From the NCBI GenBank assembly GCA_963847625.1, contig CAWKAR010000024.1:64001-128000 (forward strand): a stretch of DNA of 64,000 nucleotides. Direction: 5' to 3'. The notes under the pieces are model-generated. The model did not search any database and had not been told where the DNA came from. It saw nothing but the letters and a program-made list of their open reading frames with translations. The stretch is from a candidate division FCPU426 bacterium. Its GTDB lineage: Bacteria > Oederibacteriota > Muellerivitia > Muellerivitales > Muellerivitaceae. This document shows positions 40,008-49,749 of the stretch, one piece after another. The position numbers and the translations under genes are program-made. Position 1 is the first letter of the stretch, and every line of letters starts with the position of its first letter.

Positions 40008-40332
40008 AAAAAGGGGCCTGGCCAACGCAAAAGGTGCTTGGCACCAAGCTCCTCAGCTTGTTGCAGGGCCCCGCTCCGCATGCAGACCTTCCTTAAACCA
40101 TTCAAAGAGGTCTGTATAGTACCGATTTCCATCAATAATCCCGGCCATAGGCCGGGATTAACACATGGATGAATCGGCACAGCGAGTGGCAGTTGAACAC
40201 TCAACACTTTAAATATTAATTAGCTCCTACAATAGAGCTTTAAACATTCGCAAGATAAGTTTTTCCACTTGGAAAGCCTTATCGCGTACTAGAGTTTCAA
40301 AAGAGACGTATAAAAGACGGGAGGGGAATGAA

Positions 40333-40983
40333 ATGAAAAAGGCCATAATCCTGATTCTGGCGGGTTGGGGATTCGCGGGCGGCCTCCTGGCCGGAACGGT
40401 CGGGATGGGGGTGAAAGGAGGGGTGGATTTCGCGAGCCAGACAAGCCCGAATCCAATCGTGGAAAACTTAATCGGTATTACCGGCGGGCTTTACGTGGAT
40501 ATCCCATTGAACGATGTTTTATCCCTCCAACCCGAAGCCGATTTCGTCATGAAGGGGAATCAAATCACGGCACATGGGGTGCCGATTACCGATAGCTATG
40601 GAAACATTATTGGCATAACTAACGTGAACCAGACTGAGCGTTTCAACTATCTGGAATTTCCCCTCTTATTGAAGGCGAAAGTCGGCGAAATTTCGGATTG
40701 GAAAGTTTACGTGTATGGCGGGCCTGAGATAGCGACACTTTTGAATGAAACCACAAGTATCACCAATACGGCATGGCCAAACCCAGCTCCCTCGGACAAT
40801 ACGCGATATTATCCCGGAACGGATTGGGGGTTGGTCCTGGGGATCATGGCGGAGGTTCATCGATTTGTGATGGAAACACGCTACGACCTGGGTTTGAGTT
40901 CAGCTTCCATGAATGCCGTCGCAGACAGGTCCTCCGGAGAAAACAGGGTCCTTTCCGTACAGGTGGGTTACCAGTTATATTAA
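40333..40983 (+). CDS. Porin-family (OMP beta-barrel, PorT-like) protein
   Basis: Signal peptide, GVKGG, SLQPE, NYLEFPLL, RYDLGL and C-terminal VGYQLY. Confidence 0.8.
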   Translation: MKKAIILILAGWGFAGGLLAGTVGMGVKGGVDFASQTSPNPIVENLIGITGGLYVDIPLNDVLSLQPEADFVMKGNQITAHGVPITDSYGNIIGITNVNQTERFNYLEFPLLLKAKVGEISDWKVYVYGGPEIATLLNETTSITNTAWPNPAPSDNTRYYPGTDWGLVLGIMAEVHRFVMETRYDLGLSSASMNAVADRSSGENRVLSVQVGYQLY

Positions 40984-41035
40984 AGAGTAAGGGGACGTGA
41001 GAAAAAAGGAATCAGACTCGACCTGGACGAAGTCC

Positions 41036-41497
41036 TTAACGCGGGGATTGGATTTGCCGGAGGGCCTCATAAAGAACGATGCCCACCGAGGTGGAGAGGT
41101 TCAAGCTCCTGATGGAATCGTCTTTCTGGGGGATCCGGTACAGCTTTTTTTTGTAGGTCTCGTAAAAACCTTTCGGGAAACCCGCCGTTTCCTTGCCGAA
41201 AACCAGGTATCCCCCCTTTGAAAAGTCCGCCTCCCAGAATAGTTTCGATCCCTTGGTGGAAAAGAAAAACAAAGGAACCTGGGGCGGCAGGGACTTGAGG
41301 AAATCCTCCCAAGTGGTGTGGCGGTGGAGCGGGACCTTGTCCCAATAATCCAAACCCGCCCGAACGACTTCCTTGTTGTCCAGGTGGAATCCCAGCCGGC
41401 CTACCAGGTGCAATTCTGCTCCCGCGCCCAGGCAGGTTCTGCCGATATTTCCCGTATTCCATGGGATTTCCGGTTCAATTAACACGATGTGAAGCAT
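41036..41497 (-). CDS. trmL: tRNA (cytidine/uridine(34)-2'-O)-methyltransferase
   Basis: PEIPWNTGNIGRTC, RAGLDYW, FGKETAG and RSLNLS. Confidence 0.95.
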   Translation of the reverse strand: MLHIVLIEPEIPWNTGNIGRTCLGAGAELHLVGRLGFHLDNKEVVRAGLDYWDKVPLHRHTTWEDFLKSLPPQVPLFFFSTKGSKLFWEADFSKGGYLVFGKETAGFPKGFYETYKKKLYRIPQKDDSIRSLNLSTSVGIVLYEALRQIQSPR

Positions 41498-41582
41498 ATT
41501 CTCCCTTTAGGTAATGCGACCTTTTCAGTCCATCATCCGTCTAAATTATACAGGTTGGAAAAACATGGGCGGGAGGAAGAAG

Positions 41583-41858
41583 ATGAAAAAGTTTATTTTT
41601 TGGATGGTTGTTTTGGCTTTCATTGCCAGTGTCGGACCGGTAATGGCCAAGGGTGGAGGAGTTGCTTCCGGCAAAGGATTCGTGTCAGGATCTTCCGGTA
41701 CCGGTGGAACCGGCGGTGGTAAAGCAGCCCATAAAGGGAGTCCCAAGAAACACCACAAGAAGCCGAGGAAGAGCGCCAAACCAGGAAACAATAACGGGGC
41801 TACTAACAAGCAAAACACTGAAACCACTACTAGTTCCTCGACAGGCGCGAAACAGTAA
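41583..41858 (+). CDS. Small secreted Gly/Lys-rich low-complexity protein
   Basis: GGAGG RBS, signal peptide, followed by a terminator. Confidence 0.6.
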   Translation: MKKFIFWMVVLAFIASVGPVMAKGGGVASGKGFVSGSSGTGGTGGGKAAHKGSPKKHHKKPRKSAKPGNNNGATNKQNTETTTSSSTGAKQ

Positions 41859-41879
41859 ATCTTAAGTCCAATAGAAAAT

Positions 41880-41910
41880 AAAAAAGGCAGGAAATATTCC
41901 CGCCTTTTTT
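41880..41910. terminator. Bidirectional intrinsic terminator
   Basis: AAAAAAGGCAGGAA-ATA-TTCCCGCCTTTTTT between convergent genes. Confidence 0.75.
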
Positions 41911-42005
41911 CATTCCTGTCGAAATTCTAACTTCCCCTCAATCTCCCTCTTTCGGAGGGGGAAACTTCTAAACCAAACCCCATTTACCAAAGATGTATCG
42001 GACAA

Positions 42006-42719
42006 TTAAGGCGGGGCATAGGCCGCGTGAAAAGTTTCCCGGGCGTGGATTCCACGGCCGGTGGCCGGGTCCCTGGCCACGGTTTCATTGAATTGATTGC
42101 CGATGAAGCTGAAATGCCTCCGGTGGATGCGCGGAGGTTTTCGGGATCCCGAGGCGTCGATATAGGTCACCACCCAGTTTCGAAAGCTCTCCACGATGCC
42201 CGCGTGCGTGAACTTGTCGCGGTCGTCGATCCTCCCGTCGTGGTTGATGTCGTAGGTCTTGTTGAAAATGAGGATGTCGCCAGGCTGGATGTCCGCAGCC
42301 CTTTTTCTCCGGGCCTTGCGCTGGGTCAGGTAGTAGTTCAGGTCGTAAACCAAGTTATGGTTGTATTTGCGACGGTTCAGGAAGGCGTTCATGCTCCTGG
42401 AATGGTAGCAAGCCAGTACGAAATGGGAACAGTCCACTTTCCAGTTGGGACGGGTTTTCAGGAATTCCTCGGCGTTGTGAATAGCCTCTCCAGCGGAGGC
42501 CGCCTCTTCGGTTTCACCCATCTCGTACCGGATTGGAGCGCATCCCGATAAGTAAGCCGCCAAGAGAATAAGAAGAAACCAAACCGGACCCGCCTGTGGA
42601 TGGCGATAGGTTAATATCAATTTTAAAAAAATCGGTTTTTTTTGTTTATTATTCTGAAGGGTTTTCATAAAAATTTCCGGTTTAAAACGAGGAAGTCCTA
42701 CTTCTATTCCTGGCGGCAT
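42006..42719 (-). CDS. NlpC/P60-like lipoprotein (start uncertain)
   Basis: Lipobox LSGC, DCSHFV, IQPGDILIF and THAGIV. TAATG overlap with the mprF stop. Confidence 0.75.
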   Translation of the reverse strand: MPPGIEVGLPRFKPEIFMKTLQNNKQKKPIFLKLILTYRHPQAGPVWFLLILLAAYLSGCAPIRYEMGETEEAASAGEAIHNAEEFLKTRPNWKVDCSHFVLACYHSRSMNAFLNRRKYNHNLVYDLNYYLTQRKARRKRAADIQPGDILIFNKTYDINHDGRIDDRDKFTHAGIVESFRNWVVTYIDASGSRKPPRIHRRHFSFIGNQFNETVARDPATGRGIHARETFHAAYAPP

Positions 42720-45289
42720 TATTTTTTTAAACCGATACGGTTTCCTCGGGCGATCAAGGAATGAATATTAGCGAAGGCCACGGAGAGGGCGAGGTTGCTC
42801 GAGGTGGCCAGGTATTTGGGAACCCATGCGGGGCTGAAGCAGCCCATTCCCTTGCGGATATCCCCCATGTTTGGCCCTTCCACGTGCGGGGAAAACATTC
42901 CCAACATTTGGGCCTTAAAGGGAGCCAGGGGGCTTTCCTCCAGGTCCAGTAGGGAGGCCGTCCCCAAGTTGAACCAGTGGTATCCTTTTTCCTTGGCCCA
43001 AATCATCGTTTCTGTCAGAAGATAATCCTCAAAGACCGGGCCTTGCTCCGTCGCGGACCTCAGAAGGTCCACGGCCAATTCCTCACGGCCGCTGGCCGGG
43101 AGCAGGTTGGCGAATGCCGCCACACGCCCCTCTTCCCGGAGAAGAGCCAGGGGGAATTTCTCAAGGTAGACGGGATGGAAGAAACCCATGGAAAAACCCT
43201 TCTCGCGGGTCTTGTTGCGGCTTAACCAGCTCTCTGACGCGGCTTTCAATTCCTCCCAGGGAATCCCCTTTGCTCCCGGTTCCAGGACCTCGAAGGAATA
43301 GTCCTCATTTCCCTTCAACCTTTGCCGGATTTCCCTCAGCTCGGATGGGAGGGTTGTTTCGGCTTTGAATTTATCCAGGGAAACCCTCGCTTCCTCCCCG
43401 ATCTTCTGGACCGTCATTCCCAAGTCCAGGTAAAACTGGAAATGATCCTTGTCCACCAGGTAAAAGAGGGCCCAGGCCTTCTTGCGGCGGCACAGGTCGC
43501 GGAACTTTTGGGCCAGTTCCTCCCCCTCCTTCGTTCCCCCGACCGGATCACCCAGGGCGGTCCAACATTTGCCCTCGATGGCGTACATCACGAAGGCATC
43601 CCCTTTTTTATTAAATAAGAGGGCCTTATCCCCGAGCAAGGCCAGGTGTGGATAGGAACGGCGCGATTTCCCGATGGGTTCCAGGACTTTTGAAAGATCG
43701 GAAGGGCTTGGGAACTCCGTTTCCGGCTGGGAAGGAGAGAGCAATGTCACTATGGAAAAAATAAGAAGGGTCATGGCCGTGGCCAGGTTGGATCTCAGGA
43801 ACCTCGCGGCGTCCTCGTCCAGGGCGAAGGTGGTCCAAAGGTCGTTTGAATAATCCTCGATGTAGCGGTAATTAAAAACACCCACCCAGATGCATCCCAA
43901 CCAGACAAAAAGCACCGCGGCCACCCAGAGGGGAGGATAGCGCTGCTGGATGAGGGAGGATTTCCTGGGGAAATAGGCCCGGGTGGGCAGGAGGAGAGCG
44001 AAAAGAATAAGAAGCACGAGGGCTTCCGTGTAGTCAAAGCCCTTGAAAAGGCACCCGAGGAGTCCAGCCCCCAGAAGGATGAGCGAGAGGGTGTGGGCTC
44101 CCTCCAGGCGCTGCTGGAGGCCACGGGCAGCCACCATCAACAGTGCCCCCACAAGCCCCACGAGGAGGTGGGAGGATTCCAGGAAGGGTAGGGGAAGGTA
44201 CTCCGAGAGCCAGGCCATCTGCCGGGGAGCCTCGGGGGACGCGTTCGAGTAAAGAACCAGCGCCCCGCACAGGAACAATAGCACCGAAAAGACGTGAGGC
44301 GCGAAATCGGGCGCCCAGCGGTTCAGGATCTGCAGGGCCCTCTTGAAGCCTTGTTTGTTCCGGATGATTTCGTTCCCCGAGAAAAGCCCCAAGCCCAGGA
44401 CGAAGGGAATAAGGTAATAAACCATCCGGAAAGCCAGGAGAGCCCCCAAGACGTCCGCGGCATGAAGCACGGGGGAAAGGAGGACCACGATGATGGTTTC
44501 TAGGACCCCTAGGCCTCCCGGCACCTGACTGGCGAAACCCACCAGCTGGGCCAGGAGGTAGATGGCCATAAAAGAGGGAAAGGACACAGAGGAGTGGGGT
44601 AATAAGAGGAAAAGCGCGGTCCCGGAGCAGGTCCAATCCAGGCAGCCGGCCGCCATTTGTCCCAAGGCGATTCCCAGGGAAGGAGTGGGGAAGGACCATT
44701 TCCAAATGCGGATGGTTTTCTTGAAGAGCACGCACGAGAGGAGATACAGGGCGATCACGGCCAGACAGAAGACCCCGGCGGAAAAAACAGAATTGAAGGG
44801 AAGGTGGATGGTTGGGGGCAGGTCGGGGGGCTGCAGGAAGAAGAAGACCGCCCCCATGGTCAGGAATCCAATCCAGAAGGTCATGCCGCAAACCAGCAGA
44901 ACATTTGCGGTTTCACCTACGCTCAGGCCCCAGGCAGAGTAGAGCCGGTAGCGCACGCTGCCCCCGGTGAGCAGAGAAGCGCCGATGTTGTGGCTGAAGG
45001 AATAAGCGATGAAGGAGGTCAGAGCGGTGCGGGCATAGGAGAGTTTTTTCCGGATATGCTTGAGGCCCAGGAAATCGTAAAAGGTCAGGGCCAGGTAGCT
45101 TCCCATGGAAAAGAGGAACGCCAGGAGGAAGCTCCGATAGGGAATCTGCTTGAGATACTGGAGGATGTCCTGGTAATGGCTGGCCCTCACCTCCCGCCGC
45201 AGGACCCAGAGGGCCGCGTAAAAGAGAAGCAAGGGCAGAAGGATGCCCAGGGTTTGAATGACCTTGTTTCGGGTTTGGGACTGTTCCAT
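42719..45289 (-). CDS. mprF: MprF-like aminoacyl-phosphatidylglycerol flippase/synthase
   Basis: N-terminal TM flippase (GGSVRYRLY, VPGGLGVLE). C-terminal GDK, ALGDPVG, KIGEEA, EKGFSMG and VDLLR. Confidence 0.9.
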   Translation of the reverse strand: MEQSQTRNKVIQTLGILLPLLLFYAALWVLRREVRASHYQDILQYLKQIPYRSFLLAFLFSMGSYLALTFYDFLGLKHIRKKLSYARTALTSFIAYSFSHNIGASLLTGGSVRYRLYSAWGLSVGETANVLLVCGMTFWIGFLTMGAVFFFLQPPDLPPTIHLPFNSVFSAGVFCLAVIALYLLSCVLFKKTIRIWKWSFPTPSLGIALGQMAAGCLDWTCSGTALFLLLPHSSVSFPSFMAIYLLAQLVGFASQVPGGLGVLETIIVVLLSPVLHAADVLGALLAFRMVYYLIPFVLGLGLFSGNEIIRNKQGFKRALQILNRWAPDFAPHVFSVLLFLCGALVLYSNASPEAPRQMAWLSEYLPLPFLESSHLLVGLVGALLMVAARGLQQRLEGAHTLSLILLGAGLLGCLFKGFDYTEALVLLILFALLLPTRAYFPRKSSLIQQRYPPLWVAAVLFVWLGCIWVGVFNYRYIEDYSNDLWTTFALDEDAARFLRSNLATAMTLLIFSIVTLLSPSQPETEFPSPSDLSKVLEPIGKSRRSYPHLALLGDKALLFNKKGDAFVMYAIEGKCWTALGDPVGGTKEGEELAQKFRDLCRRKKAWALFYLVDKDHFQFYLDLGMTVQKIGEEARVSLDKFKAETTLPSELREIRQRLKGNEDYSFEVLEPGAKGIPWEELKAASESWLSRNKTREKGFSMGFFHPVYLEKFPLALLREEGRVAAFANLLPASGREELAVDLLRSATEQGPVFEDYLLTETMIWAKEKGYHWFNLGTASLLDLEESPLAPFKAQMLGMFSPHVEGPNMGDIRKGMGCFSPAWVPKYLATSSNLALSVAFANIHSLIARGNRIGLKK

Positions 45290-45346
45290 TGGATCCCTAT
45301 TCCTAAATTCTGCGAACTACGATAATTGCGTGGTTCATTTAATTAA

Positions 45347-46147
45347 TTACGGTGAAAGCCGTTCCCGGAACCACCTGCCGGAAGAACGGCGAGTGTAGCA
45401 CAACCGGTCATGGAGGCGGTTGGGGCGGCCGTTCCAAAACTCGAACCGGTCGGGTACCAAACGATACCCCCCCCAATAGGGCGGCCGGGGAACAGGTCTT
45501 CCCTTGAATTTCTTTTCGAAATCCGCCATTCGCGTTTCCAAGGTTATCCTCCCGGGAACGGGGGTGCTTTGCCGGGAGGCCCAGGCCGAGAGTTGGCTTC
45601 CCCGTGGGCGGCTACCGAAGTACTCATCCGACTCCACCGCCGAGACCTTCTGGACCTTGCCGTCAATGCGCACCTGCCGGACCAGGGTGGGCCAATAAAA
45701 GAGCAGGCAGGCGGAACCCCGGCGGCTGATCTCCCTTCCCTTCAGGCTTTCATAGTTGGTAAAAAAAACGAATCCTGTTAAATCAAAATCCTTCAAAAGC
45801 ACGGTTCTTAAGGATGGGCGGGAATTCTTCCCCAAAGTGCCCAGGGTCATGGCGTTGGGGTCCAGAACCCTGGACCGCACCGCATCTTCGAACCAATCCT
45901 GGAAAAGAGCGTAGGGCTCGGCCGGTGCGGATTTTTCGGTGAGCCCCCGGGTGTTGTACTCGTGTTTCATGACCGAGATGACCCGTAGGAGCTGCTGGAA
46001 CCAGTATTTGGAGAATTGAAAGGCGTTGATGCGGTTTCCCCACCGTGTTTGGCCCGTTGCGTTGTACTCCCGCCGCATCTGGGAAACGGCCGGGCGGTAG
46101 GGATGGGAAGGGCCTTTTCGGCCCCGGGAATGTCGGGCGATCGTCAT
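45347..46147 (-). CDS. pdxH: Pyridoxine/pyridoxamine 5'-phosphate oxidase, copy with extended N-terminus
   Basis: RTVLLK, FFTNYESLKG, RQVRIDG, SRPRGSQ, PPYWGGYR, EFWNGRPNRLHDR and RLSP. Confidence 0.93.
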   Translation of the reverse strand: MTIARHSRGRKGPSHPYRPAVSQMRREYNATGQTRWGNRINAFQFSKYWFQQLLRVISVMKHEYNTRGLTEKSAPAEPYALFQDWFEDAVRSRVLDPNAMTLGTLGKNSRPSLRTVLLKDFDLTGFVFFTNYESLKGREISRRGSACLLFYWPTLVRQVRIDGKVQKVSAVESDEYFGSRPRGSQLSAWASRQSTPVPGRITLETRMADFEKKFKGRPVPRPPYWGGYRLVPDRFEFWNGRPNRLHDRLCYTRRSSGRWFRERLSP

Positions 46148-46151
46148 GGTT

Positions 46152-46799
46152 TTAGGGGGAGAGCCTCTCGATTTTCCATTTTCCGGTTGGTTGCAGGCTG
46201 TATCGGATGCGGTCGTGTAGGCGGTGGGAACGGCCCTTCCAGAACTCGTAGGTTTCCGGAACCACGCGATAACCGCCCCAGTGGGGGGGCCGGGGCACGG
46301 GCTTGTTCCTATATTTCTTTTCCAGGAGCCTCATGTTTTTCTCCAGGACCCCCCGGCTGGAGATCACCCGGCTCTGATGGGAAGCCCAGACGCCTAACTG
46401 GCTGTCGCGCGGCCGGATGCGGAAATATTGGTTGGATTCCTTGACCGGGACTTTTTGCGCCTTTCCGTCGATTCGTACTTGCCGTTTTAAAAGAGGCCAG
46501 AAGAAGAGCATGCTCACTTGGGAACGCTTGGCCAGGTCCCGAGCTTTATTGCTTTCGTAATTGGTGTAAAAAACGAATCCCCGCGCATCGAAGCCCTTCA
46601 AGAGAATAGCCCGTATCGTGGGCCTTCCCTGGGGGGAGACGGTGGCGAGAGTCATGGCATTCACGTCCAGGAAATTGGCATTCAACGCTTCCTTGAACCA
46701 GCGGTCAAAGAGGACAAGGGGATTCCTTGGGGCGTCTTTTTCCAGCAATCCAGTGGTGGAATATTTCCGCCTTAACTGGGAGATGGGCACTCTTTTCAT
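46152..46799 (-). CDS. pdxH: Pyridoxine/pyridoxamine 5'-phosphate oxidase
   Basis: FYTNYES, RQVRIDG, PPHWGGYR, EFWKGRSHRLHDR and RLSP. Confidence 0.93.
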   Translation of the reverse strand: MKRVPISQLRRKYSTTGLLEKDAPRNPLVLFDRWFKEALNANFLDVNAMTLATVSPQGRPTIRAILLKGFDARGFVFYTNYESNKARDLAKRSQVSMLFFWPLLKRQVRIDGKAQKVPVKESNQYFRIRPRDSQLGVWASHQSRVISSRGVLEKNMRLLEKKYRNKPVPRPPHWGGYRVVPETYEFWKGRSHRLHDRIRYSLQPTGKWKIERLSP

Positions 46800-47112
46800 G
46801 GGCTTTCACCTCGAAAAATAGGGGATTCCCCTTGATGAATCCAGGGCACCTATATGATAGCAGAGGGAGCTTTATCCTAAAGAAGGCATTTGCTGCCGTT
46901 TAGCGCGGATAAATACTGACTTTTGGATAAGTGGATAAATAACCCATGAAAAATTGGCTGAAACTTGTCCAAAACTCGCTTTATCTTCTACAATAACTTC
47001 TCATTCTGGATCAGATTCAAAACACTTTAGAGATCGTATTTGATACGGTTATTTTTAAGGACCGAAAAGGGCATCAAAAGTTTGCCTTGCGGTTATGTTT
47101 AGGTTTTTACTT

Positions 47113-47202
47113 GGAGAGATGGCAGAGTGGTCGAATGCGGCTGACTCGAAATCAGCTTTACGCGAAAGCGTAACGGGGGTTCGAATCCCTCTCTCTCCGC
47201 CA
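47113..47202 (+). tRNA. tRNA-Ser(CGA)
   Basis: GGAGAGA/TCTCTCC acceptor stem, anticodon arm GCTGA-CTCGAAA-TCAGC, long variable arm, GGTTCGAATCC, encoded CCA. Confidence 0.97.
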
Positions 47203-47238
47203 TAAAGGGTGGCATCCAAAGGGTGCCACCCTTTATGG
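47200..47238 (+). terminator. 18-bp hairpin directly after the tRNA
   Basis: CCATAAAGGGTGGCATCC-AAA-GGGTGCCACCCTTTATGG followed by TTT. Confidence 0.7.
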
Positions 47239-47358
47239 TTTAGAAACAGGGGATTTGAACCCCCAGGGTTCGGCGCCCCAAAGGGGCGGGACGAAAATAA
47301 TCATCGAGAATAAAATCCAGTTAAATGTTATTTTCGTTCTGAGCTCTCTCTCCCTATT

Positions 47359-47907
47359 TTACGGTTTCTTTTTTTGCACCTTGATTTGCGTGACGATCAT
47401 CCGAAGTTTTTTGGCGGCGTCAAAAATGCGGTCATCGCGGTAAAATTCCCCGTAATAAATGGCTTTGATCCCGACGTTGGCAACCATTTTAAAACAGTTC
47501 CAACAAGGGGAGGCGGTCACGTAAATTTCCGCACCCTCCACCCTTACCCCATTGCGGGCCGCTTGGATGATCGCGTTAGCCTCGGCATGTATGGTCGCCA
47601 CGCAATGGCCGTCCTGGATCATGTGGCCCATGTCGTCGCAATGCGGCAGGCCCCTGACACTTCCGTTGTACCCGGTTGAAAGAATGGTTTTGTCCCGCAC
47701 AATAACCGCCCCCACATATTTGCGGTCGCAAGTGGACCTGGACGCGACTTCGGTGGCGATATTCATGAAATATTGATGCCAGTCCACCCTGATCCGGTGG
47801 GAGGGTTTTACTGAAATCCTGGCTTGCTCCCGGGAGGATGGTACTTTCCGTTTTTTTAACCGATGGATAGGTTGTTTCTTGAATTTGATTTTCACCCTGG
47901 AAGCCAT
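47359..47907 (-). CDS. dCMP deaminase / ComEB family protein
   Basis: RSTC, VGAVIV, GYNG, HAEANAI and PCWNC. Confidence 0.92.
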   Translation of the reverse strand: MASRVKIKFKKQPIHRLKKRKVPSSREQARISVKPSHRIRVDWHQYFMNIATEVASRSTCDRKYVGAVIVRDKTILSTGYNGSVRGLPHCDDMGHMIQDGHCVATIHAEANAIIQAARNGVRVEGAEIYVTASPCWNCFKMVANVGIKAIYYGEFYRDDRIFDAAKKLRMIVTQIKVQKKKP

Positions 47908-47976
47908 GGTAACCTCGTATGAAATTTTTGAATTTTTAGATTCAAGCTATCCGATTATCCCATAATTCCCGGCGGA

Positions 47977-48918
47977 TTAAACTGGATCCACCACGTAGAT
48001 TTGCAATTTCCGGATGGGGTGCCAATATTCCTTGGATTGAGCCAGGCTCAAGAGGCCCTCGGCGTCCCCCGTATTGATGAAAGAATAATCCCCAGCCTGC
48101 TGCCTGCAAACATTGGCGAATATATAAGAGGATAACCCCTTCACGCTCAAGTCGGTCACTTCCAGGTAAATCCCGAATTGATCGGGCCCCAAAGAAGCCC
48201 CCGCCGAATAAGCGGCCAACCGATCGTCCAGCAATACCACCCAAGCCTCTAGGCCCCAATCCCGGCCTTGCTCCAGGGCCCGAAGATGGGCTTGCCGGGA
48301 GGAAAGAAGCATTTTTTCAGCCATGCTCCCGGCCGCGGCCGGGAGCCGCTGGCTCTTCCAGAGCTCGAATAACTCGGCGCAAGGTTGGAAATCCGTTGAG
48401 CGGTAAGGCCGGAAAACAACCGCATTCTGTTTCAACAAATGATTGATTTCAGCCCGCTTGGCCCGGAAGGAATCGCCGTGAAGCCCGGTTAACCGGGAAC
48501 GCTCATAAACAAATTCAGTGAGAGTGGGACGGGTTTGATAGTCCCATTTTTCAGCGGTCACCTTTTGAGCATCCGTCATTCCTTCCACGCGGGAAACGCC
48601 TTTGCCCGGCCCGTTCACTTTTTTCATGTAAGCAAAGGCAGTTTCCAACGACTCGGAGGTCAAGGGATGGGGCGGGATGGGGAAGTAAACATACCGGTCG
48701 TAATATGCCGCGATGAAATGAAAAGGACCTTTGGACACCAGGACGTAAAAGTATTCATGCCCCCACATTAAGAAAGAGGGGAGGGAAGCCGAGAGCGAGG
48801 AAGCCGGAAAAAAAAGTTTCGACGCTTCCTCCAAGCGGGAATCCAGGGGTTCCGCTCGGTCAAAAAAATCCTGGTGGGGAATTCGGTTTACGGGCAAGGG
48901 AAGCCGCCCCAAAGACAC
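47977..48918 (-). CDS. DUF2156 (aminoacyl-tRNA transferase-like tandem GNAT) protein
   Basis: EFVYERSRLTGLHGDSFRAKRAEIN and FINTGDAEGLLSLAQSKEYWHP. Start codon uncertain. Confidence 0.75.
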   Translation of the reverse strand: MSLGRLPLPVNRIPHQDFFDRAEPLDSRLEEASKLFFPASSLSASLPSFLMWGHEYFYVLVSKGPFHFIAAYYDRYVYFPIPPHPLTSESLETAFAYMKKVNGPGKGVSRVEGMTDAQKVTAEKWDYQTRPTLTEFVYERSRLTGLHGDSFRAKRAEINHLLKQNAVVFRPYRSTDFQPCAELFELWKSQRLPAAAGSMAEKMLLSSRQAHLRALEQGRDWGLEAWVVLLDDRLAAYSAGASLGPDQFGIYLEVTDLSVKGLSSYIFANVCRQQAGDYSFINTGDAEGLLSLAQSKEYWHPIRKLQIYVVDPV

Positions 48919-48985
48919 AGGAACCGCGAATAAAAACGAAAATGTTTCCTAGTTCCTGTGCCCTTGCGGCTTGACTCCTGAGACA

Positions 48986-49744
48986 TTATTGCCCCGTGAT
49001 GACCCTGGCGATCTCGCGGCGAAGGCCGTAACTTAGCCGGCTGGCGCGGGAGGGAGGCCGATAATTCTGCAAATATTGCGGCAAGGTGTTCAAATCCACC
49101 ACGCCTTGCTCATGGTTGACGACAGCCGAGGCGTCCCCCTGCGGGTGGGCAAAAACCACCACCCCTTGGATCCAAACATGCGTGCATTCCTGGGCCCAGC
49201 GCGCCGGAAGGTTGGCTTCCAAATGGCTCCGAAGGTGGTAAATCTGGGTGGCCACCTGTTTCAACGGATTGTAAAAACCCCGTTTGTAGCGGGACCGGGT
49301 TTTTCGCGCCCTCTTGTGAAGGGTCCATTCCCTGTCCAGGACCTCGCCCGCGATGCGTCCGCGGAGGTACTTGGTCTCGATGCAGAACATGGCATTAGGG
49401 GTGATCAAAAGGTGATCGATCTCCCGGGCCTTGTCGCCGGAAAAAAACTGCACCGAATGCAGAACCCGGGCGTTTTCCATCTGCAGGTTGTCCAGGGCGC
49501 TTGCGACCAGGGCCTCGCCTTCGGACCCTTCCCCTACGATCCGGTTCCGATGACGGGCGACCAGATAGCTCCAGCCTGAGAAGGCCAGCAGGGGCACGCA
49601 AAACAATATGATGAAAAACGGGTGGTTGTGCAGCAACATCCCGGCGGCCAGAGCGACCGCCAACGAACTGATTGAAAACCATCTCCAACGAGTCACCCAC
49701 CGCATCGCCCGAGGCGGTTGCAGCTTTTGCAAAGTGGCGACCAT
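48986..49744 (-). CDS. Membrane-anchored NERD-domain nuclease
   Basis: Two TM helices, then GSEGE, EIDHLLI, IETK and NPLKQ. ATG at 49744. Confidence 0.85.
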   Translation of the reverse strand: MVATLQKLQPPRAMRWVTRWRWFSISSLAVALAAGMLLHNHPFFIILFCVPLLAFSGWSYLVARHRNRIVGEGSEGEALVASALDNLQMENARVLHSVQFFSGDKAREIDHLLITPNAMFCIETKYLRGRIAGEVLDREWTLHKRARKTRSRYKRGFYNPLKQVATQIYHLRSHLEANLPARWAQECTHVWIQGVVVFAHPQGDASAVVNHEQGVVDLNTLPQYLQNYRPPSRASRLSYGLRREIARVITGQ

Positions 49745-49749
49745 AAAAC

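Noticed and set aside
47113..47202. tRNA-Ser as the attachment site of the island
   Set aside because: There is no integrase and no direct repeat of the tRNA 3' end in the window, and the island lies about 7 kb away behind housekeeping genes.
48986..49744. NERD nuclease plus dCMP deaminase as an anti-phage defence system
   Set aside because: They lie in a host-like housekeeping run by serS. The deaminase is a stand-alone ComEB/dCMP type without the kinase-like domain of defence dCTP deaminases, so nothing in the sequence supports a defence role.
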